DNA of 64,000 bases from positions 33,257-97,256 of IMG/VR virus record IMGVR_UViG_3300030060_008361; one strand, given 5' to 3'. The notes beneath the pieces are model-generated. The model was given only the letters and a program-made list of their open reading frames with translations, had not been told where the DNA came from and ran no database searches. Both the position numbers and the translations under genes were made by a program. The DNA comes from a virus. Of the stretch, positions 49,201 through 55,890 are shown piece after piece (within the stretch, counting starts at the first letter, position 1; each line of letters starts with the position of its first letter).

Positions 49201-50191
49201 TGTTATAGACCATCCACCTTTGGCTCCTCAAGTTAACTTTTTGCCATATCAGGGTGTTGATGATAGGTTTGGTGTCTTATTAACATCAAATTATGGAGAA
49301 GTCAAAGAAAAAATAATAAGCTTAAATCCTGAGAACGACAATTTTGATTTTGGTGAAGCTTTGTATAAAACAGACTCACTGCCATCAGCCTTTCAGTGGT
49401 TTCGACTAGATCGTCCACCGGAAAAGTATTCAGATTTTTTCTATTCAGAGAATGATTTTGTAGAAGCTAGCAACAAAACTGGTTTTATAACTCAGGATAT
49501 TGAGCCAAATAAATATTATTATTACATATTTCGAACATGGGATAATATGGATATTGAAAATCCAGACTATTCTAAAGCATTGTCCTCTAATCCAACAGAT
49601 GTTTTTAGAGTTAGAATAGTTAGTTATCAAAATGGTATATTTATGGAAGTGGAAGTCTATGATATGTTTGAAAAAAGAAAAGAAGTAAAGGTAGATTTTG
49701 AAAGGCTTTTAAAAGTACAGCCAAGCTTTAAGCAGACTCTTATTAATTTTAAACAAGCTTTCGACGAAATATATAACAGTGGCAGAATAACGATCCCAGA
49801 AAACAGCCTAACTAATCTAAGAAAAAGATTAAACTTAATAAGTAATGAAAATAAAAATTTTGTAGCAGACGAATTTGAATTTCAAAAGGCTGCGCCTGGT
49901 ATAGAGTTAGTTTCCATAGGTACGACCCCTGGTGAGTCCGATAATTATATATGGAATAAGAGGTATAAGTTAAGAATAAAATCTAAAAATTCTGGTAAGG
50001 CTGTAGATTTAAATATAAAGTTTGTCCAAGAAAAACAAACTCTATCAAATAATGACGAAAGCGGCCCCCCGCCGGAAAGCGAATACGAAGTGGTCCTGGG
50101 GCCGGATGAGCGAATTGAGGAAGTCGACGGGAATCTATATGTCGTCTTTGGCGATGACAACGACCCCAGCGATGGAGGTTCATATACTTGA
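43265..50191 (+). CDS. Large (2308 aa) structural protein with central Ala/Gly/Pro-rich region and C-terminal FnIII-like domains
   Basis: SYVDTQVLPFTKYKYSI and DIEPNKYYYYIFR..SSNPT FnIII-like strands; Pro8 tract. Confidence 0.65.
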   Translation: MPADVLTVQALENFKNSIPYGLDMNFESALPPYKINSVVAAVRSEEGSTVGIIDVNCSISRDLTLKYDSWIGSSEFLKYVNFYFILAGSPDSRSGVGQDHVNALYYPDTRAFGLSMLNPDFSDSLSNWDRPWAADISFDQLYQQYGFLSTGYINANDVYNGQRSTFSYADASGQGQFDIDSGRYTGTPLDNDEDMDVITASLRGRSASTVSQTVGRETFFNIVLPFFIPDSFFERFGEKSLSVYSFCQLDINTLASDYNLGQYISNLSVFGGPLKYEKILKWNNLHQQWSKSTTRSIFQDSQGNPYSGLTHFHGKDPETGVGTGPDGYTGWMEGPASGHMAGRKKLSRRTMPNNKVVMSTQGSALDYEGMPLSHRFSVGPLSGVENPLEITINNFATPYGNLRLGEDLMRALRSETGLAEIIKASPESGRVIKSELEKFQDRIFKRLVLRSQKRPSELKMFSNENNPNLQSFNAETFNYSLAAVLNLEDLVASNSKLGHLIDFHRDNIAGSSIEEIRNDVSKSNSYDFITLCLLRCNTQNVQLYRKRVENQPSFNNRSSAPIYGDYNTNVVKRKFIFNELSDGAIPGQTLDSIIYNIDGIPSLSNVDSQGRATISREATSAIDCTLSFGNFKNSPEGMIVPMSIQDYDLFYETSYGNYKYELELNLTDGPVEYMKQAVSEFSVLLDRYRSYVSEYERYIIAQTGNMIAGPAEFSRAMRINMAVAMNSEGNPDQKYGPLLNQLVAYYSFLLFVLTRSSALLDTEMKEELISSLQYKNYSFPTVRFFLDKCNTLEHTLRTMVHGKDIDIENTLNMGTHKRSASFNVSKEHPASAMNIKGELPNVMVAHPPGTVFIDYSNIDLRNPEISDSYRLFYIHRTRYGESLDIKTARIRRGPDGSIYVKPNAVPTRVDIAHANEVPAHDGQGIAMDAAPAANNAIDAAAAAVDNAMDMLGGMTWSSLVSKAASLNPDLQSGCGDILEDETVITEDVSQAVLDSILSNEDFDIIRENTRDNNDNFLFREDAIPLLADTIARSVFMNVYIEPASMADALTPVPDPNAITSNGFIPRQRFYREESDSSGASTTTQTDTGNTETETTISELYASGQLHAAGEATANGDLSEPLGIFTVGGAHDTAIAAGGLDLGAILSSTGPSLAGGPLAAGSLGAGLFAGGAVTGLAGRSEAVGPPADSEEGHQLAIEDICKIPPPPPPPPGGQNGGGNQPGNGEEGDGVPEVVPQRLEAGQAPYPQPYRPVGNQNQGALGNDHIPRPGTTPRFAAASREITTIPSQFFLSQNFNTQLVYERLEMHKPENERGKRSPFHGSVWFTNHRPNPQPDNISDDADLFRWSQMAIWASDNNSEKFFMPALAFAPNLTALGILGMFFINDLDFYEDLLEQLGIPLDQLPLPITKPANPVGIISDMPNWPEAPIFTVSPFAPARGGVGGLDLAPNYTLENVINVVGPMHTTETLWFSLLNRGLVGSAGMPGFTVNDRLTLAGEKFIENMFPSAIKNSNQLSEKQKYDMFLEIFLNGKESGQWDQFTNLPNSFSSTEDYYRTPNITRGNLYLDYVFDAPVAFFEDELNNILLSPFHSAKIKVQVDNVENLVSGRFKNIHQIPNLYYYYNFLEIEKKYAKPGGRLTRGNIGDRVPEGEWDYVITTLSIIDEYRKHGRIRKSELETPRTLKFPSDRVKNLPQVNEFIKKYAVNFVEITINTKQGGPINAMLQRNKMDRVVLEKMAPSYDSINEAPPNDFFGIGAIDSALIKSSTYVLDDSFLGIEEEGNQNSILNTINDRTESFVHTKMVPGLFKNLKDDILAAEGLEYQEVDEYSYPLRYTHCEDKNLLKLEESIRSQIFMSQAETFIAESSVGRNYANILEGKKAYSEVVGYKVSKFQWDEESETYSDQPVQELYFMDSDEVETISYVDTQVLPFTKYKYSIETINLVLATRYEYTGVAIQSPQFQISVVSHLDPLLITAPFYEEVVDVIDHPPLAPQVNFLPYQGVDDRFGVLLTSNYGEVKEKIISLNPENDNFDFGEALYKTDSLPSAFQWFRLDRPPEKYSDFFYSENDFVEASNKTGFITQDIEPNKYYYYIFRTWDNMDIENPDYSKALSSNPTDVFRVRIVSYQNGIFMEVEVYDMFEKRKEVKVDFERLLKVQPSFKQTLINFKQAFDEIYNSGRITIPENSLTNLRKRLNLISNENKNFVADEFEFQKAAPGIELVSIGTTPGESDNYIWNKRYKLRIKSKNSGKAVDLNIKFVQEKQTLSNNDESGPPPESEYEVVLGPDERIEEVDGNLYVVFGDDNDPSDGGSYT

Positions 50192-50202
50192 TAGCTTATA
50201 TT

Positions 50203-50247
50203 ACTAATTATAAAAAAGGATTATTTTGAATAAAAATACTATTTATT
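50203..50247 (+). promoter_or_regulatory. Two candidate late-promoter motifs (ACTAATTATA 50203-50212; ACTATTTATT 50238-50247)
   Basis: Located in the largest intergenic gap, upstream of AGGAG RBS and ATG 50286. Confidence 0.55.
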
Positions 50248-50285
50248 AATGATTTTCAGTATTTTTTTTAAACAGGAGTATTTAA

Positions 50286-51353
50286 ATGGCTTTTTTAGAC
50301 AATTCGGGTGATATTATACTTGATGCGGTATTAACAGATACTGGCCGTCAAAGAATGGCGCAGGGCACTTTTAGGATCACAAAATTTGCCCTTGGAGATG
50401 AGGAAATAGATTACGGTCTTTTTAACGAAAACCACCCCAGCGGATCCGCTTTTTATGATCTAAAAGTAATGCAAACTCCAGTTTTAGAATCTTTTACTAA
50501 TAACACGTCTTTGATGAAAAGCAAGCTTGTGACAATGACAAGAAACAACATTCTTTATTTGCCGATGCTCAAGTTGAACGACAATGTAGATAACAGGACG
50601 TCCGACGCGAATGCGAATTATAGCTTTCAGGGGTATATACTTCTAGCGGATTTAAACACAGAAAGCAATGGCGACGCCGCCAATACTATGTTCCCCCTTA
50701 GAGAGGGGCTACTCCGCGGCGCCAGCCGAGAGACACAAAACCAAGATCTAACAAACCACATTGCTATTGATCAGGGTATTGATACTAGTGATGGTGGTAT
50801 ATCTTTTAGACAAACAATGCCTTCGGACTTAGTTGAGACAGCGTACTTAGTAAAAATGGACCACAGGCTTTTGCGACTTGAGGTTCCTACGTTTGATTTT
50901 GGTACAACAGATGCAGTAACTAATCAATTCATAGATGACGATGGCATAGCTACATATTATGTGGTTTTGGGCGATGGGTATAACGCTATCGAGGGCCCAC
51001 CCCCAATCGGGAAACAATATCAAGACGACCGAGAAAGACAAAGAATTGTAACAAACAACCCACCGGTCGCTGAGCAAAATAATGCCGCATCTGATTACCA
51101 TGAAGTCTTCGCTGGCCCTCTTGGTAGCATCTTAAGGATATCTCCAAAGACATCTCATCTTGTCCGCCAAGGTACCGCACTATTTGATGAGCTAGGCACT
51201 TCAGCTAATGGGTCCTCTTTTCAGATGAGCAGCCGAGCCGGCTTGACTAAAAACATAGGAAATTACCAACACATTGATACGGTTATAAGCATTGTTGGCG
51301 TGACAACTGGATATGCCATCGATGTACCGATAAGAATAATAAAGAAATCATAA
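50286..51353 (+). CDS. Baseplate/tail structural protein (N-terminal half of a DUF3751/P2 gpH-like motif)
   Basis: AVLTDTGRQRMAQG..RITKFALGD. Confidence 0.6.
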   Translation: MAFLDNSGDIILDAVLTDTGRQRMAQGTFRITKFALGDEEIDYGLFNENHPSGSAFYDLKVMQTPVLESFTNNTSLMKSKLVTMTRNNILYLPMLKLNDNVDNRTSDANANYSFQGYILLADLNTESNGDAANTMFPLREGLLRGASRETQNQDLTNHIAIDQGIDTSDGGISFRQTMPSDLVETAYLVKMDHRLLRLEVPTFDFGTTDAVTNQFIDDDGIATYYVVLGDGYNAIEGPPPIGKQYQDDRERQRIVTNNPPVAEQNNAASDYHEVFAGPLGSILRISPKTSHLVRQGTALFDELGTSANGSSFQMSSRAGLTKNIGNYQHIDTVISIVGVTTGYAIDVPIRIIKKS

Positions 51354-51368
51354 GTTTAGGAGATAGTA

Positions 51369-52400
51369 ATGGCTAATACATTTTTCAAGAGTTTTTCGGA
51401 ATCCGACAGAACTTCATCAAGAACGCTTCTCCATGAAGCCATACCGATAACGGGAACTCTTGTTTCGGGTACTTACAATAACAATGAAAACATAAAATCA
51501 TTTTCACATGGAATGTTTAAATCGGTTTATGACTATCCGTATTTAAGTTCATCAGCCAACCACATATTTGACGTATCCTATGGGTATTCTAGCGCATCAA
51601 CTTATCTTGCCACAACTAATGTTCAACACGATAAGAAGAGAAGTATGTATAATCAGATGGCACAAGTCTTAGCTGGTTATGATACCAGAAGTAAGGTTAG
51701 GGCTTTCGATTCAGATGGCAATTACTCTACCACTGGGGACAAGTTTCACGACGCATATTTTGTTAGTTTTTCTAGATTGCTTGTAAAAGACGAAATAAAG
51801 AAGGGAAGTTTTTCAATGACCTTCGGAACTGCATCAGCATATGCCACTGCATTAAATGATGTTTTAACAATAACTGATGTCGAAGCAACTGGTAATTATA
51901 AAATTAATTCACCAGCCGGAGAATTCGGCTTACTTAAAGATCACGCGGGCAACAAATACGGACTTATCTATTATCAGGCCGGCCTTGCTGTATTAACAAG
52001 TAGTGTTCTTGGCGATGGCGATGGCACTCATGTTAGGTTGAATACTAGTAATTATTCTCAAAAACAAATGACAACCGGCTCAACACTTGATGCTATAAAT
52101 GATGGATTTATTCATAGAATAGCTAACATATCCTTTAACAACACAACAGAGCTTAATTCTACAATTTATTTCTGTAGAGCGAATCATAATGAATTTAACT
52201 ATAGCTCTAATCCAACTTACATTACTGGTAGTAAAATAGTAGTTAAAGCTAACGACCTTATGATGCCACCAAGATCATATGTTACAACCGTAGGGCTCTA
52301 TTCGGCTGACAATGCTTTATTGGCTGTGGCAAAGCTTTCCGAGCCATTAAGAAAAGATCCAACTAACGAGTTGACCTTGAGGGTCAGACTGGACTACTAA
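51369..52400 (+). CDS. Baseplate/tail structural protein (paralog of 52402 ORF)
   Basis: IKKGSF, GLIYYQAG, EFNYSSNPT, YVTTVGLY..DNALLAVAKLSEPLRK..LRVRLDY. Confidence 0.65.
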   Translation: MANTFFKSFSESDRTSSRTLLHEAIPITGTLVSGTYNNNENIKSFSHGMFKSVYDYPYLSSSANHIFDVSYGYSSASTYLATTNVQHDKKRSMYNQMAQVLAGYDTRSKVRAFDSDGNYSTTGDKFHDAYFVSFSRLLVKDEIKKGSFSMTFGTASAYATALNDVLTITDVEATGNYKINSPAGEFGLLKDHAGNKYGLIYYQAGLAVLTSSVLGDGDGTHVRLNTSNYSQKQMTTGSTLDAINDGFIHRIANISFNNTTELNSTIYFCRANHNEFNYSSNPTYITGSKIVVKANDLMMPPRSYVTTVGLYSADNALLAVAKLSEPLRKDPTNELTLRVRLDY

Positions 52401-52401
52401 A

Positions 52402-53604
52402 ATGTCATACAAAAGGTTTGCCCCAAAAGATCTAGTTTATAGTACTCTTGTGGCCAAGCCAGAGCACAAATTTATAGTACATAGTGGATCTGTGTACAAA
52501 GATAATGAAATATTACCTGATGGCGACTTTAGCAATAAGGTAAAACATATTTCTGACGGGCAAGTCAGCCTCCATGAACTAAATATTAACAGACCTGCTA
52601 ACTCCCTTGTGTATGGATTCATAAGTAAAGACTCTACCAGATACTCCTATAGGACGATATCTACATCCAACTTTGATGATACATCACAATTTCAATATGG
52701 CAACATAATAACTCAAAGCTACCCTATAAAGGCCGGCCTTTCTAGGATATATGTGCCTTCTGGGCAAGAATATGATAACGTAACTTTTGCAAATGTTGAT
52801 ACGCCATCATTTGCCGCGGCCAATAAGAAATATATTTTGGCACTAAAGAATGCTCTAAACCATAGAGAACAATTTGGCCAAAGCTTTTCTTTTGGAAATA
52901 TCGGCACCAGCTCTGTTAACATGGTGTGCGTGCCTGGTATATTTTATGGATCCAAGATTGACAAGGGCAGTATTCAATTAAACTACTATATAACGGGCGC
53001 TCTCATGGCTCAGCTAGAAGATGAAAACAAAGACGGTGTTCTGGTTGAGACTTATGGCCCACAATCAGGCTCTGTTGCTGGTGTGGCGTTATATGAACAT
53101 GGCCTAATGTTGCTCACCGGCGATTGGGACCTTTCTTCTGGTAATCATACTGATAAATTTTTTAGTGCCACTCCAAGTGCACCATCATGGCTTTCATTTG
53201 GAACAGGAATGCCAATTGTAGGACAACCTATAGCAAGTAGTTCGGTTTCTGCGTCGGCATATGGAATAAACTTTAAGGGTCTAAATAAGATACCGACTTT
53301 GACTATGTTTTCTTATGCTAATAAAAATGAGTGTAATTTTTCAAATAATCCAACCTTTCTGGAAACAGGATCTTACGGCTCAACTTCTACCAACTCTTCA
53401 TACCAGCAAAACTCTCAAAAAATAAAAAATATAGTTAAATCAGATTTCGCTAATTACAGCGCATCATTTGAAAGCACTACTTTTATTTCTAAAGTTGGGA
53501 TTTATGATGAAAACAAAAATTTGATAGCAATAGCTACATTGGCGAATCCAATAAAAAAGACCCCATCTAGAGACTACATGATAAAAATGAGAATGGATTT
53601 TTAA
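52402..53604 (+). CDS. Baseplate/tail structural protein (paralog of 51369 ORF)
   Basis: IDKGSI, GVALYEHG, ECNFSNNPT, FISKVGIYDENKNLIAIATLANPIKK..IKMRMDF. Confidence 0.65.
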   Translation: MSYKRFAPKDLVYSTLVAKPEHKFIVHSGSVYKDNEILPDGDFSNKVKHISDGQVSLHELNINRPANSLVYGFISKDSTRYSYRTISTSNFDDTSQFQYGNIITQSYPIKAGLSRIYVPSGQEYDNVTFANVDTPSFAAANKKYILALKNALNHREQFGQSFSFGNIGTSSVNMVCVPGIFYGSKIDKGSIQLNYYITGALMAQLEDENKDGVLVETYGPQSGSVAGVALYEHGLMLLTGDWDLSSGNHTDKFFSATPSAPSWLSFGTGMPIVGQPIASSSVSASAYGINFKGLNKIPTLTMFSYANKNECNFSNNPTFLETGSYGSTSTNSSYQQNSQKIKNIVKSDFANYSASFESTTFISKVGIYDENKNLIAIATLANPIKKTPSRDYMIKMRMDF

Positions 53605-53605
53605 A

Positions 53606-54241
53606 GTGGATGTCATACTAGAGGGTAAGTTTGAGCTTTTAATCCTCAGAAATAAATTTTTAAAAAACAGTTTCGAAATGACAAACAAAATAGCAAACAA
53701 GGCTCAACCCTTATTTGCAAAAGAGCTATCTGCCCGGCTTGGTTATCCTGAAGAATCAGAAAAGACAGAGGAAAAACCTGTGACCCCACAGGAGTCAAGT
53801 AAAGAGCCCACAGCGGACCAACCCAATATTGATTCAAAAACAGAAGAAGAAATAATTGAAGCAAAGAAGGAAGAGAAAGACGAAAGTTTAAAAGGCGTAT
53901 TTAAAAAGATAGCCTCAAGAGTGCACCCAGATAAATTACAAAATTTATCAGAGTTTGAAAAAGATTATAAAAAAAGCCTTTTTGAAAAAGCAAGAATGGC
54001 TTTAGATACAAATGATTATTATGGTATAGTAGAGGTAGCTGAAGAACTTGGCATCGAGCCACCTCCGCCAAGTAGAAAGCAAATTGAACTAATGAAAAAA
54101 ACAAACGAAGAACTAGAAAACAAAGTTAACGAAATACAAAACTCTGTATTATGGAAATGGTATTACGCTGACGAAGAAGCTAGAGAGTTCTTGATGAGTA
54201 AATATATTGAAAAACTACAACAAATGCATGCTGGGACTTGA
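53606..54241 (+). CDS. J-domain (DnaJ-like) co-chaperone
   Basis: LKGVFKKIASRVHPDKL...LFEKARMAL (helix II-HPD-helix III); GTG start. Confidence 0.75.
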   Translation: MDVILEGKFELLILRNKFLKNSFEMTNKIANKAQPLFAKELSARLGYPEESEKTEEKPVTPQESSKEPTADQPNIDSKTEEEIIEAKKEEKDESLKGVFKKIASRVHPDKLQNLSEFEKDYKKSLFEKARMALDTNDYYGIVEVAEELGIEPPPPSRKQIELMKKTNEELENKVNEIQNSVLWKWYYADEEAREFLMSKYIEKLQQMHAGT

Positions 54242-54758
54242 TATCTCAACTTCTATAACTGGCGCCACAGTAATCCAAGACGGACAAATAAAAGAAAGCT
54301 TTTTTTGGGATACTAGAAATAAAAACAAATTTCCGTCTCTTTACGACAAGGCAGCCTTCATCAAAGAGAGCATAGTTAGACTTAAAAAGTGGTATGACAT
54401 ATCAGATATCTATATAGAGCAGTCACTCCATTCTTTCCGCTCAGGTTTTTCATCTGCGCAAACACTATCGACATTATCCAGATTCAATGGTATAGTATCT
54501 TGGCTGTGTTATGAGGTTTTTGATATCCAACCCAAGATGATTGCAGCCACATCAGCCAGAAAGCAAGCTGGTGTCGGCATCAAGCGAGGCGACAATGCTA
54601 AAGAAAAAGTTTTGCAGTTTGTTATTGACAACTACCCCGATATTGAGATAATATATACGAAGCATGGGAATCCAAAACCAGGAATGTTGGATATGTGCGA
54701 TAGTATTATTATAGCTTTGGCAGGGGACAAAATTGCACGAGAAGAGGGAAATACTTAA
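54228..54758 (+). CDS. ruvC: RuvC-like Holliday junction resolvase
   Basis: MLGLDISTSITG, IYIEQ, AKEKV, DMCDSIIIA acidic catalytic motifs; ATG 54228 preferred over TTG 54207. Confidence 0.85.
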   Translation: MLGLDISTSITGATVIQDGQIKESFFWDTRNKNKFPSLYDKAAFIKESIVRLKKWYDISDIYIEQSLHSFRSGFSSAQTLSTLSRFNGIVSWLCYEVFDIQPKMIAATSARKQAGVGIKRGDNAKEKVLQFVIDNYPDIEIIYTKHGNPKPGMLDMCDSIIIALAGDKIAREEGNT

Positions 54759-55650
54759 AAAAGCCTTTGGAAGACCATGGTTTAGCGGCGGCGAGATGCT
54801 TTTTCATTGCCCTAAGTGCGACCACGATAAAAAGAAAATGTCTGTCAATATTGACAAAAACGCTTTTAAGTGCTGGATTTGCGGATATTCAGGCAATAAA
54901 ATTTCTTATCTTGTTAGCAAGCACGCCCCAGAGTATTACGCCGAATGGTCTAACATAGCAGATGAGGTTGATTTATCAAAGTATGAGTTCATTTTTGATG
55001 AACCAGAAGAATTGCCAGACCAAGTAATCAACTTTCCGCAAGAATTTAAATCACTTACAGGCCCTAAGGCTGGTGATAAGAAAAAAGCACTAGAGTATTT
55101 GTACTCCAGAGATATCACGGACTTAGACATTCTCCGGTGGAAGATAGGCTTTTGCGACTTTGGCGAGTATCAAGGTAGAGTAATTATCCCATCTTTCAAT
55201 AGAAAAGGCCAGCTTAACTACTTTGTCGCTCGCTCTTATGGCGACGACTGGATGAAATACAAAAATCCTAGAGCAAGTAAGGACTTGGTATTTAACGATT
55301 TAAATATTGACTGGGATGATGATATAATAATTGTAGAGGGAGCGTTCGATGCAATACGACACAAAAACTGCATTCCCATTCTTGGGTCTAGCTTGCGAGA
55401 GAATCACAAGCTCTTCCAAAAGATATGTCGGAGCAAACGTGAGGTATTCCTTGCTCTTGACGAGGATGCGAAAAGCAAAGAGTTTTCTATAGCAAAGAAG
55501 TTTCGTGAATATGGGGTTGCTTGCAAGAGTATTCCAGTGAACCCATATCCAGATCTTGCAGAGATGCCACGAGACGAGTTTTTGACCAGAAAACAAAATG
55601 CTGACTTTATAACAGATTTAGACTATTTAGAATATAAACTTGACTTTTGA
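54733..55650 (+). CDS. dnaG: DNA primase (zinc finger + TOPRIM)
   Basis: CPKC..H...FKCWIC, YLYSR, RVIIP, KYKNP, IVEGAFDA, ALDED. Confidence 0.9.
   Translation: MHEKREILKKAFGRPWFSGGEMLFHCPKCDHDKKKMSVNIDKNAFKCWICGYSGNKISYLVSKHAPEYYAEWSNIADEVDLSKYEFIFDEPEELPDQVINFPQEFKSLTGPKAGDKKKALEYLYSRDITDLDILRWKIGFCDFGEYQGRVIIPSFNRKGQLNYFVARSYGDDWMKYKNPRASKDLVFNDLNIDWDDDIIIVEGAFDAIRHKNCIPILGSSLRENHKLFQKICRSKREVFLALDEDAKSKEFSIAKKFREYGVACKSIPVNPYPDLAEMPRDEFLTRKQNADFITDLDYLEYKLDF
55622..55629 (+). promoter_or_regulatory. Candidate late-promoter motif ACTATTTA inside the primase 3' end
   Basis: About 30 nt upstream of ATG 55661, with a GAGGAG RBS in between. Confidence 0.35.
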
Positions 55651-55660
55651 GGAGCCAATA

Positions 55661-55831
55661 ATGCAAATCACCAAAAGAAGATTAAAAGAAATCATCAAAG
55701 AAGAAATGGAGCACCTTGCCGAATCTGGCGATGTCAATGCTATTACTGAATCTGAAAAGATGGCATTCCAAATCATCCTAGAGAAACTTTCCCCAAATCA
55801 ACTAGAAGAACTAGGTCTCAAAAGAATTTAG
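55661..55831 (+). CDS. Small acidic protein MQITKRRLKEIIKEE... (candidate internal head protein)
   Basis: GAGGAG RBS then ATG 55661; several I/L-x-E sites. Confidence 0.65.
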   Translation: MQITKRRLKEIIKEEMEHLAESGDVNAITESEKMAFQIILEKLSPNQLEELGLKRI

Positions 55832-55860
55832 TTGACACCCTCCGCAACTCCTGCTATACT
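55832..55860 (+). promoter_or_regulatory. Near-consensus sigma70 promoter TTGACA-17 bp-TATACT with extended -10 TG
   Basis: TTGACA 55832-55837, TG 55852-55853, TATACT 55855-55860; GGAGGA RBS 55882-55887. Confidence 0.9.
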
Positions 55861-55890
55861 AGTCCTACAATAACAGTTATCGGAGGATAA

